Shown here in pieces: positions 39,185 to 47,449 of a DNA stretch of 64,000 nt. The stretch is from NCBI GenBank assembly GCA_964648765.1, contig CAZYLF010000001.1, positions 480,632 to 544,631 of the forward strand. The letters run 5' to 3'. Under the pieces are notes generated by a model. That model did not search any database. It was given only the letters and a program-made list of their open reading frames with translations, and was not told the origin of the DNA. Origin of the DNA: an uncultured Candidatus Saccharibacteria bacterium (GTDB lineage: Bacteria > Patescibacteriota > Minisyncoccia > Phycocordibacterales > JACOZG01). The position numbers and the translations under genes were made by a program. Each line of letters opens with the position of its first letter. The stretch's first letter is position 1.

Positions 39185-40069
39185 TTATAGGCTATAATAT
39201 TGCATCGTTCTATGGATAAGTTGCTCCATATCACTAAAGCGTCCATCCACACTAGAGCCTAACACAATGGCCACAATTGGTTGAGCCAAACCTCGATCGA
39301 AGGCAATTACAAGATTACCTGATGCTACGTCAGTAAAACCAGTTTTAGAACCAATTAAACCTGGGATTTTACCTACTAACTTATTAGTATTTTGTCCTGA
39401 GTACGCGTTATGACTCAGTGATGTAACGTTTACGGCTTCATGAGTTGTGGCTTCAAAAATTTCCGGCTTATTTTTTAGAATATATGCAAAAAGACGACTT
39501 AGATCGTAAGCCGAACTCTGGGCGCTTGGTAGCTTGTCTAAATAATCAAGGCCGGTAGCGTTGGTGAAATATGTTTGATTTAAATTTAATTCTTTTGCGC
39601 GAGAGTTCATGACTTCACTTGGCGTGGCGTCGCTCGGAGAAAAGGCTTGGGCTAAAGCAAAAGCACCATCATTAGCTGAAGTTACTAAAGTAAAGTTTAG
39701 TAAATCATTAAGTTCCATTTTTTCTCCAACCGAAAAACCGTAATCACCAAATTGCCGAATGGCTTCAGCGGTGATCTCCACTTGGCTGTCAGTTTTAAGT
39801 CTCTCGCTGGCCACAAGAGCGGTCATGACTTTGGTAAGAGAGGCAATCGGCAACTGAGTATTAGAATTTTTACTATAAACAATTTCACCAGTTTCAGGAT
39901 CATACACAATTGCCGCTTTAGCTTCTAAATTTAGATCACGAAAGGCAATTTCACTAGCGCTTGGTTCATTGATAACTGTCTCAGCAGCTTTTGGTTTAAT
40001 AAAAAAAGAACCTACACCGATTAGTAGTAAAAGTAGGGCGACAGATTTAAATATTATTTGCGTTTTCAT
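39185..40069 (-). CDS. D-Ala-D-Ala carboxypeptidase (S11)
   Basis: IASLTK, SAN, KTGFT motifs. Confidence 0.9.
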   Translation of the reverse strand: MKTQIIFKSVALLLLLIGVGSFFIKPKAAETVINEPSASEIAFRDLNLEAKAAIVYDPETGEIVYSKNSNTQLPIASLTKVMTALVASERLKTDSQVEITAEAIRQFGDYGFSVGEKMELNDLLNFTLVTSANDGAFALAQAFSPSDATPSEVMNSRAKELNLNQTYFTNATGLDYLDKLPSAQSSAYDLSRLFAYILKNKPEIFEATTHEAVNVTSLSHNAYSGQNTNKLVGKIPGLIGSKTGFTDVASGNLVIAFDRGLAQPIVAIVLGSSVDGRFSDMEQLIHRTMQYYSL

Positions 40070-40613
40070 TTTCAGGATTTTCCTTTTTAGCTAAAAAGTC
40101 TTCTAGTTTACCTTGGAGTGTGTCGAATTCAGGAAGTTCGCTAATTTGTTTGATGCCCAAGTGCGAGAGTAGTTCAAAAGTTGGTTGGTAGAGAAAGCTG
40201 CGTGAGTCATTCGGGTTAGTAATGCGTTCCACTAACCCACGGATTTGCAGATGTCGGAGGGTGAAGGATGAATTAACGCCCCTGATATAATCAATCTCCG
40301 CGCGCCCTACGGGCGCGCGGTAAAGCACAATCGTCAGTGTCTCCAAACTTGCTTTCGATAGTTCACTAGATAATTCTTCCTTAGTTAAACTTTCAAAAAT
40401 GTTTGCTAAAACGGGCGCAGTGCCGAGTGTGACCTCGGCATCTTTACGGACCAAACAAAGCCCGCGATTGATAAGCGCCGCCTCAAGCTCCTTCAGTCCA
40501 TTCTCAATTTCATCTTTAGTTGCACTTAAACTTTTGGCTAAAAAGTCCACCGTCACCGGTTCGGCTTTCCAAAATAAAACGGCTTCAATTTTCCCCGTCA
40601 AGCTCATTTCCAT
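40047..40613 (-). CDS. scpB: SMC-Scp complex subunit ScpB
   Basis: IEAVLF, LETLTIVLY, IRGVNS; TATAAT 7 nt before ATG. Confidence 0.93.
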   Translation of the reverse strand: MEMSLTGKIEAVLFWKAEPVTVDFLAKSLSATKDEIENGLKELEAALINRGLCLVRKDAEVTLGTAPVLANIFESLTKEELSSELSKASLETLTIVLYRAPVGRAEIDYIRGVNSSFTLRHLQIRGLVERITNPNDSRSFLYQPTFELLSHLGIKQISELPEFDTLQGKLEDFLAKKENPENENANNI

Positions 40614-40763
40614 GGCTTGAATTATAACCCTTTTCTCATTACTCACAGTCTTGACAAATAATAACTAATTTACTACGATTCTGAATAGAGATGATAGGAC
40701 AATCTGCGTTGATTGCTTCACAAAAACTATTGTTTGAAATCTGTTTGATATGGGGAGATCAAA

Positions 40764-40964
40764 ATGAAATGGACCCTGAGAAATGTAATCATTTTCTTTC
40801 CAATAATTAGTTTAAGTTTTGCTATCGGTGCTTTTTTAGGTCTTTTTGTCTGGGAGCATATTCCTAATGCGGTATCTCCTGTTGCGTATGTGACCGTTTT
40901 CGGTCTCGTGGGAGCAATCATTGGAACATCAGTTTCCCTATGGTGGATTCTCTCACGTAGGTGA
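40764..40964 (+). CDS. Small two-TM protein (cassette between scpA and scpB)
   Basis: Promoter TTGACA-17-TACGAT (40651-40679); GGGGAG SD; terminator at ~40990-41040. Confidence 0.7.
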   Translation: MKWTLRNVIIFFPIISLSFAIGAFLGLFVWEHIPNAVSPVAYVTVFGLVGAIIGTSVSLWWILSRR

Positions 40965-41086
40965 GCTGGTGAAAATCCCGACCACCAACAAACATCCCTC
41001 GTTGTTAGCTAGCGATAGCAAAACAGTGAGGGTGTTTTTTATTCTTAAACTTTTCTCTATAAGATCCAAAGTCGATTTAAAATACT

Positions 41087-41818
41087 TTAGTATCTCGGCA
41101 CAGAGCTTGAGTTCAAATTCTCGATACTTATGTCGGAGAAGTGGGCATCTTGGCGCACATCCACAATCCCCTGCTTAACCAACTCAAGCATGCCTAGAAA
41201 TGAGACGATGATATTTACCCTATCCTTTTTATCTGCTACAAATTGCCCAAAATTCATTTTAAAAGCTGACTGCACGCGCGTGGCCAGATCCTGCATCACC
41301 TCCTCTAAACTTAAAATTTTCTTCACAATCACCTGCGGAATAATTTCTGCGATGGGCAAACTGGCAATTAAACCTTTTAACAAATTAGTTAAATTCTCCA
41401 AACTAATTAATTTAGTGGGAGTGAACACTGGCGTGCGGTCACTGGCGCCTTGGCGGAAATTAATTTTGGCGGGACCATATAGACCTTTCACATTTACACT
41501 TAAATTTTTAATTTTTTGGTAAATTCTTAAACGATTCTCTAGATCCTCAATACTCGCCTTCTCCTCCTCCGTTACCTGGATGTTAGGTAAAAGGGAAATT
41601 GATTTGATCAGCATCAAGGTTGCTGCGACCATAATAAAGTTGGCCATCTCACCCATCGGCTTTTGTTCACCAAGACCATTTAAATAGCTCACATAACTAT
41701 CCGCCACGAGCGCCAGTGACACCTCGCTAATATGTAATTTCCGCTTTTCAATCAAATCCAAAAGCAAAGGCAACGGCCCCTCAAACTCCCCTACTTTAGT
41801 CTTAAATTCCACGTCCAT
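41087..41818 (-). CDS. scpA: SMC-Scp complex subunit ScpA
   Basis: FEGPLPLLLDLIE and FLGMLELVKQG motifs. Confidence 0.93.
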   Translation of the reverse strand: MDVEFKTKVGEFEGPLPLLLDLIEKRKLHISEVSLALVADSYVSYLNGLGEQKPMGEMANFIMVAATLMLIKSISLLPNIQVTEEEKASIEDLENRLRIYQKIKNLSVNVKGLYGPAKINFRQGASDRTPVFTPTKLISLENLTNLLKGLIASLPIAEIIPQVIVKKILSLEEVMQDLATRVQSAFKMNFGQFVADKKDRVNIIVSFLGMLELVKQGIVDVRQDAHFSDISIENLNSSSVPRY

Positions 41819-41979
41819 AATTATTACCCTAAATTATAACTTTATTTAATCTTTTCGCCGATACTTGACAAATGTTAACCAACATGCTAAGCTCCAAGCG
41901 GATTGTCAAACGTGCCTATAGATAGGATCGAAGTCTTATTTTAAAAGCACATATAGTTAAAATTAACAGGAGATTCGTC

Positions 41980-42261
41980 GTGAAATGGCTTGTTGCTTGT
42001 TCGATAGCGCTGATTGCAGTGACGTTTTTTTATCTGGGATCGTGGGTGAGCAGCTCAAATTCAACTTCTCAAACTATTGTCAAAGTTGCCAACAACATGG
42101 ATGCTGAGATCCCCTACCTGAAACAGAGAACGGTCGTTAAGATTGAGGGGATTGGACTGAGAGAGCTAGTCTGCGAGGGAAAGGAGCTCGGTAATGAGTG
42201 CCGGGTTTTGTTTTCACCAGTCCCGTTGGGGCCTCGAGCTCAGACTTTTCCCTGGGGTTAA
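41980..42261 (+). CDS. Small exported/membrane protein (cassette)
   Basis: Promoter TTGACA-17-TAAGCT (41865-41893); CAGGAG SD. Confidence 0.65.
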   Translation: MKWLVACSIALIAVTFFYLGSWVSSSNSTSQTIVKVANNMDAEIPYLKQRTVVKIEGIGLRELVCEGKELGNECRVLFSPVPLGPRAQTFPWG

Positions 42262-42354
42262 ATCGTTCACCGCCTGCTCTCGTGCCAAAGTGAATCAGCT
42301 GGAGTGTTCAGAAGATGATTGAACATTGGCAGCGTTACAGAAAGGAAACTGATC

Positions 42355-42540
42355 ATGAAAAACTCACCAGCTGTGTTTTTCAATTCTGCTTTAGTTCTTT
42401 CTGGGCTCTGTGCTGGAATGAACTGTCGGGCAGACATTGTAGCAAAGTTCTTAACAGTATTTCTTGGAATCTGGGCAGTAGGGTCGTTTACAATGGCAGC
42501 TGCCCATCTGATCGCAAATGCGATTAAAGAAAAGAAGTAA
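42355..42540 (+). CDS. Small two-TM protein, paralog of 43423
   Basis: GAAAGGA SD; AKFLTVFLGIWAVGSF..IANAIKEKK. Confidence 0.7.
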   Translation: MKNSPAVFFNSALVLSGLCAGMNCRADIVAKFLTVFLGIWAVGSFTMAAAHLIANAIKEKK

Positions 42541-42568
42541 AGAGGCCACTGACGAAGCTTTATGCAAA

Positions 42569-42635
42569 GGCGCTCGGATGAATAATCCAAGCGCCTTTTT
42601 TATTTCCCGATTTTTATGCCTAACTCTTTAAGTTG
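42569..42635. repeat. Direct repeat 1: terminator plus aspS 3'-end remnant
   Basis: ggcgctcggatgaataatccaagcgcc-T6; minus strand then encodes QLKELGIKIGK* (32/36 nt identical to 43678-43713). Confidence 0.9.
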
Positions 42636-42825
42636 CCCACATAACTACTCGTTACCGAAGCCAGTAACACATCAAAAATATGCAATTATTAGCTTAAATT
42701 ATACCCTTTTCAGCCATTTCCACAGCTATTGACAAATAACAAACTATTTGCTATCATTGTGTTTGGAAATTTACTGGTTGATACCAGTTTGGACATACCA
42801 TCTGAAAGCCGAAAGGAAACCTTGC

Positions 42826-43014
42826 ATGTATTTTATTTTTGGAATAGTCTGCGCTATCTGGTCCGGAAATTCTTACCTTAATCACAACTACCCGCTTTGC
42901 ATTATAATGGCGTTGATTTCCATCGGGCTGTTCATCTCTAGTGGCGCAATGAAAATTTCAGACGCTATTGAGTACGCAGCATCAGAAAAGTCGGAAGAGG
43001 AATCTGAAGAATAG
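42826..43014 (+). CDS. Small two-TM protein (cassette)
   Basis: Promoter TTGACA-17-TATCAT (42729-42757); GAAAGGA SD; terminator ggcgcc..ggcgcc at ~43031-43063. Confidence 0.7.
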   Translation: MYFIFGIVCAIWSGNSYLNHNYPLCIIMALISIGLFISSGAMKISDAIEYAASEKSEEESEE

Positions 43015-43138
43015 GTTACTCAAAAAAACAGGCGCCGGTCGTTATACACGATTCGGCGCCTTTCATATTGAACGTTGACAAACTACGTGTAAATGATATT
43101 AAGTAATGAGTCAGTTATTTTGAAAGGACAGGTGAGCC

Positions 43139-43390
43139 ATGACTTCAGATGCATTTGGTTTGGGTCTGCAAATTACGGGAGGAATATTGCTCTCAGTTGG
43201 GGCAGCGGGTATCCCTCTTTGTATCCTTTTCGCAATCTACCGTAAGCCGAAGTTTGGTGTATCGTTTGAGCCATTAGCCATGGTCATACTGTGTGTGGTT
43301 CTTTCATTCATCGGTGCCGTTGTGCTTCAAACTAGGGCATCAATGATGAAAAAAATTGCAGCTCAAGCTGAAAACAAACAAGTTGAATAG
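43139..43390 (+). CDS. Small two-TM protein (cassette)
   Basis: TTGACA at 43075; GAAAGGACAGGTG SD. Confidence 0.7.
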   Translation: MTSDAFGLGLQITGGILLSVGAAGIPLCILFAIYRKPKFGVSFEPLAMVILCVVLSFIGAVVLQTRASMMKKIAAQAENKQVE

Positions 43391-43422
43391 TTGAGCGGAA
43401 ATTTCTTGAGAAGGGAGAAAAA

Positions 43423-43620
43423 ATGAGAGGCAAAGACCATGCAATTTTTTTCTGGATTTTGGGTTTCTTGCTTTCTATCGGTAGTGCTACTGTACATTGC
43501 GCCTGGGATGATAGTAGTGCCGCAAAATTTTTTTCAGTATTCTGGGCACTATGGGCACTTGGATCCTATTGCAAAGCTGTCTCAATTGAGATTGTTGGTG
43601 CGATTCAATCAAAAAAATGA
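43423..43620 (+). CDS. Small two-TM protein, paralog of 42355
   Basis: GAAGGGAG SD; AKFFSVFWALWALGSY..IVGAIQSKK. Confidence 0.7.
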   Translation: MRGKDHAIFFWILGFLLSIGSATVHCAWDDSSAAKFFSVFWALWALGSYCKAVSIEIVGAIQSKK

Positions 43621-43647
43621 GTTTTAGCACAAAACAAGCATGCAGAC

Positions 43648-43713
43648 GCGCTCGGATGAATAATCCGGGCGCTTTTTTTATTTCCCAATTTTAATCCCTA
43701 ATTCTTTAAGTTG
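43648..43713. repeat. Direct repeat 2: terminator plus the true aspS 3' end
   Basis: gcgctcggatgaataatccgggcgc-T-run overlapping the aspS stop. Confidence 0.9.
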
Positions 43714-45069
43714 TTTAGCTTCAATTTCTGACGGGGCGTTCATCATTAAGTCGCGACCTTCGCCGGTTTTGGGGAAGGCGATCACTTCACGGATGTTAGG
43801 CTCACCTGCTAGTAAGGTCACGAGACGGTCGAGTCCCCAAGCAATACCACCGTGAGGTGGCGCGCCGGAACCAAGCGCCTTCAACATATGGCCGAAGTTC
43901 GCCTCAATCCGCTCATCGCTGTAACCTAAAATTTTGAAAACTTGTTTAAGCATTTCTGGTTTATGATTGCGGATACTCCCGCCACCAATTTCAAAACCAT
44001 TTAATGCCACGTCGTATTGAGTGGTTAAGATATCACCAATTCCCTCGCCTTTGCTTAACGCTTCTTCATGTTCTGGCGTAGCGCGTGAGAATGGATTGTG
44101 AGTAAAAGTCCACGAACCATCATCCGCTTTTTCAAAAAATGGGAAATCGATAACCCAACAAAAGGCAAGTAAATTCGGATCCTCTTTATTTTCCCTCATA
44201 TCTGGACGGTCAGTGCCATATTTACTCATCGCTTCTTTGTAAGTAATCCGAGGGAAGGGTACGGTTTGGATTTTCTTCTCCGGCATTAATTCCGCCACAA
44301 TTTTAATTAAAAGTTCTTCATTAAGTGCCATCACATCTTCACGATTCACAAAGCTCATCTCGAGGTCGAGTTGAGTAAACTCCGGTTGACGGTCACCACG
44401 CGTATCTTCATCGCGGAAGCAGCGCGCGATTTGGAAGTAACGTTCAAGCCCCGCCACCATTAGGAGTTGCTTGTATTGCTGTGGAGATTGAGGTAAAGCA
44501 TAAAATTTGCCGGTGTAGAGACGCGAAGGCACCACGTAATCCCGCGCGCCTTCTGGCGTACTCTTAGTAAGCACTGGTGTTTCCACTTCAGTAAAGTTTT
44601 TAGAAGAAAGGTGATCTCGAATGAGCTTTGTGATTTTGTGTCTCAAGCGTAAATTTTTCTGCATTCGCTCTCGGCGTAAATCTAGATAACGACTCTCAAG
44701 TCGTAGCTCCTCGCCCACTTCACGACCATCAGTGCCAATGTCGAACACAGGCGTTGTCGCCTCGTTTAGCACTTCAATTGCTAAAATTTCAAGCTCAATA
44801 TCGCCGTTAACTTTATCTTTTTGAATATTTTTCTCGGGGCGTTTGTTGACCTTACCCTGCACGCTCACCACCCATTCGGTGCGCAACTTCTCACCCACTG
44901 CGTGAGCGTCTTTGGCATTAGGAAGAATAACCCCCTGCACAGTGCCGGAAGTATCGCGGAAGTCGAAGAAGATCATCTTGCCCTGATCGCGCCTCACGGC
45001 CACCCAGCCGGAGATCTTAACCTCCTCACCCACGTGTTTATTTAACTCACCAATCATTGTTCGTTCCAT
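43678..45069 (-). CDS. aspS: Aspartate-tRNA ligase lacking the GAD insertion domain
   Basis: LPQSPQQYKQLLM, CFRDED..DRQPEFTQ, GAPPHGG motifs; ~463 aa. Confidence 0.95.
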   Translation of the reverse strand: MERTMIGELNKHVGEEVKISGWVAVRRDQGKMIFFDFRDTSGTVQGVILPNAKDAHAVGEKLRTEWVVSVQGKVNKRPEKNIQKDKVNGDIELEILAIEVLNEATTPVFDIGTDGREVGEELRLESRYLDLRRERMQKNLRLRHKITKLIRDHLSSKNFTEVETPVLTKSTPEGARDYVVPSRLYTGKFYALPQSPQQYKQLLMVAGLERYFQIARCFRDEDTRGDRQPEFTQLDLEMSFVNREDVMALNEELLIKIVAELMPEKKIQTVPFPRITYKEAMSKYGTDRPDMRENKEDPNLLAFCWVIDFPFFEKADDGSWTFTHNPFSRATPEHEEALSKGEGIGDILTTQYDVALNGFEIGGGSIRNHKPEMLKQVFKILGYSDERIEANFGHMLKALGSGAPPHGGIAWGLDRLVTLLAGEPNIREVIAFPKTGEGRDLMMNAPSEIEAKQLKELGIKIGK

Positions 45070-45088
45070 GTTCAATATATTATAGAAT

Positions 45089-46063
45089 TTAATTCACCCC
45101 CACAAGTTCGCGCACTTTTTTCATCTTTGTATCAGCTACTTGCTTTGCCTTCTCTCCTCCCAACTCTAAAATCTTCCTAATCTTATCTGTGTCCTTTGCA
45201 ATCTCCTCCCGTCGTGCGCGAAGTGGCGCAAGAAATGCATTTAAATTTTTAAACAAAATCTCCTTAGATTCTTTATAACCAATCCCGCCTTCCACGTACC
45301 TTTTCTTCAATTCCGGCAAATCATTTTGGCTAACTAATTTATGTAAAGCATACACATTGCACTCTTCAGGATTCTTCGGCTCCTCGGGCGTTTTAGAATC
45401 AGTTTTAATACTCATTACTAATTGTTTTAGCTCCGTCTCGTTTACGAAAAGTGGAATGGTATTTTTATAACTCTTACTCATCTTCTGACCGTCGAGTCCG
45501 GGCACCACGGCTACGTCTGGCATGATGAGCGGTTCAGGTAATTTAAAGCCTTCGCCATACACGCGATTAAACTTCTCCGCTGTGTCGCGAGCGATCTCAA
45601 TGTGTTGCTTCTGATCCGCGCCCACTGGCACCACGTCAGCATCGTAGAGTAAAATGTCAGCCGACATGAGCAATGGGTAATCAAAGAGCCCCACGCTCAC
45701 TTCATGATTTTTAGCTTCCGCATCCTTAAACGCATGCGCGCGCATTAAGTAAGGCATGGTGGTGAGACAATTGAAGATCCATGTGAGTTCCGTATGTGCC
45801 GGCACGGATGATTGTTTAAAAAGTGTGACTTTTTCTGGATCCAAACCAATTGCGAGATAATCAATCGCGAGATCAAGAGTGTCTTGGCGTAATTCTGCCG
45901 CATTTTGCTCTTTTGTAATTGAGTGGTAGTCAGCCAGCATAAAAAAGCAATTATAATTATCTTGCAGGTCCACAAATTGCTTCATCGCGCCGAAATAATT
46001 GCCCACATGTGGCCGACCAGTGGGCTTTACGCCGGAAAGGAGAATCTTTTTATCAGAATTCAT
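45089..46063 (-). CDS. trpS: Tryptophan-tRNA ligase
   Basis: HVGNYFG, VPVGADQ, KMSKS motifs. Confidence 0.96.
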   Translation of the reverse strand: MNSDKKILLSGVKPTGRPHVGNYFGAMKQFVDLQDNYNCFFMLADYHSITKEQNAAELRQDTLDLAIDYLAIGLDPEKVTLFKQSSVPAHTELTWIFNCLTTMPYLMRAHAFKDAEAKNHEVSVGLFDYPLLMSADILLYDADVVPVGADQKQHIEIARDTAEKFNRVYGEGFKLPEPLIMPDVAVVPGLDGQKMSKSYKNTIPLFVNETELKQLVMSIKTDSKTPEEPKNPEECNVYALHKLVSQNDLPELKKRYVEGGIGYKESKEILFKNLNAFLAPLRARREEIAKDTDKIRKILELGGEKAKQVADTKMKKVRELVGVN

Positions 46064-46223
46064 GATTTTAATCATAACAAACTTCAAGCCTCGCCAATAT
46101 TGACAAATAAACAGTAGTATGCTAACCTATATGCAGTTGGTTAGAGAAGAGTGGAATATGGCTCTGATGAGCCGTTCTCTAGCCTAGTCGCCTCAATGAT
46201 TGAGGCTTTGACAGGAGAATATC

Positions 46224-46988
46224 ATGCAGTTCATCAAGAGGTTTGGTGTTTGTATCGCGGTACTTTCCGCGGTCGTGCTTTCCGGGGGGTTGCAGAAGGC
46301 GACTGCAAATCCGGTGTACATGAGCTCGGGGTACGGAACTGACGGTTCCGGCAGTGGCCACATGGACGGTCAGACGATTGTTCCGTACCGAGTTCACAAC
46401 TCGGTGCAGGTTACCCCGTTTTATAACGGTGACAATCAGCTCATCGGCGCCAACTGGTATGCGAGTTTGACTATGGAAGGTTCACTGAACAGCGATGGCA
46501 CGATTACGCAGGAAATGCGTGATCTCGCGGCCAATCAGATGAACATCCATTCTCACTATCGCATCAACCAAATCAATTTCGTCGAGGGTGATGAATATGG
46601 ATACTATCTCATTGATGGTATTGCAGAAGTCATTCTTGACGGGAGCGTCGGCGCCAACATCTACACATACACAGACGGTGGTGGCAAGGGTGTAATGGGC
46701 CTCGGAGAAACTTTCGAGTCTTACGTTGGGTACATGAATGCTAACGTTAACGTCAACGGTCCTGGTATGTCCATCGATAACATTTCGATGCACTTCCGCG
46801 AGTACCAAGACGGGAACGTGCCGAAGCCCGACTGGTGGGGTGGTGATTATGCCGCTGATATTGACATCAGCGGGTATGTGGATTTCGCCGGTGGTGGTCT
46901 TGGGATCAGCCGTGTCGTTGTTCCCGAGCCGGCTTCATTAGCGCTCCTTTTGATCGGCGCTGTGGCTGGACTACGCCGCAAGAAGTAA
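46224..46988 (+). CDS. Secreted protein with PEP-CTERM sorting signal (cassette)
   Basis: Signal peptide; C-terminus VPEPASLALLLIGAVAGLRRKK; promoter TTGACA-17-TAACCT (46100-46128); CAGGAG SD. Confidence 0.88.
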   Translation: MQFIKRFGVCIAVLSAVVLSGGLQKATANPVYMSSGYGTDGSGSGHMDGQTIVPYRVHNSVQVTPFYNGDNQLIGANWYASLTMEGSLNSDGTITQEMRDLAANQMNIHSHYRINQINFVEGDEYGYYLIDGIAEVILDGSVGANIYTYTDGGGKGVMGLGETFESYVGYMNANVNVNGPGMSIDNISMHFREYQDGNVPKPDWWGGDYAADIDISGYVDFAGGGLGISRVVVPEPASLALLLIGAVAGLRRKK

Positions 46989-47032
46989 TGGAGGGGGGAA
47001 GCACCTAGCTTAATGGGGGTTAGCTAGGCAAG

Positions 47033-47074
47033 GCGGCCGGTGTGAGGATTTATCCTTGCACTGGCCGTTTTTTT
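47033..47074 (+). terminator. Intrinsic terminator
   Basis: gcggccggtgtgagg..ccttgcactggccgt followed by a T-run. Confidence 0.75.
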
Positions 47075-47127
47075 ATGGTAGAGTACTTCCAGTTGGTTTT
47101 TCCCAGTTCTTTTGAAAGGAGTCTACA

Positions 47128-47397
47128 GTGAAGAAACCATCGGCCTTTGGGATGTCTCCCACAATGATTTTGTTTTTTATAATTTTTGTTATCATAGCTG
47201 GTGTGATCACAGGCTGTGATCGGGAGTTGGTAACCTACTACTATCCTATCCCCTCGTATTATGATGATACGGCGTATGAGGTTGTGGACATTGTAGATAT
47301 TCATTATGTGCCGTATGATCCATTTTTCTACTCTGAGATCCATTACTACGATGATTGCCCTTACGACCTATTCTATTGCAAGCAAATAAAAAAATGA
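47128..47397 (+). CDS. Tyr/Asp-rich putative lipoprotein (cassette)
   Basis: GAAAGGAG SD; hydrophobic stretch ending ITGC; terminator at ~47416-47449. Confidence 0.6.
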   Translation: MKKPSAFGMSPTMILFFIIFVIIAGVITGCDRELVTYYYPIPSYYDDTAYEVVDIVDIHYVPYDPFFYSEIHYYDDCPYDLFYCKQIKK

Positions 47398-47449
47398 GTC
47401 GTGATGTGGTTGACCAAGCTCCCCAAACTTTAAGTGCGGGGAGCTTTTC

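Noticed and set aside
41043-41075. Spacer encodes LDLIEK on the minus strand, matching an ScpA N-terminal peptide
   Set aside because: Only 6 residues with weak DNA identity; could be chance, so not claimed as a remnant.
46143-46207. CTGATGAG in the PEP-CTERM leader suggesting a hammerhead ribozyme
   Set aside because: No downstream GAAA core or stem III; only simple hairpins.
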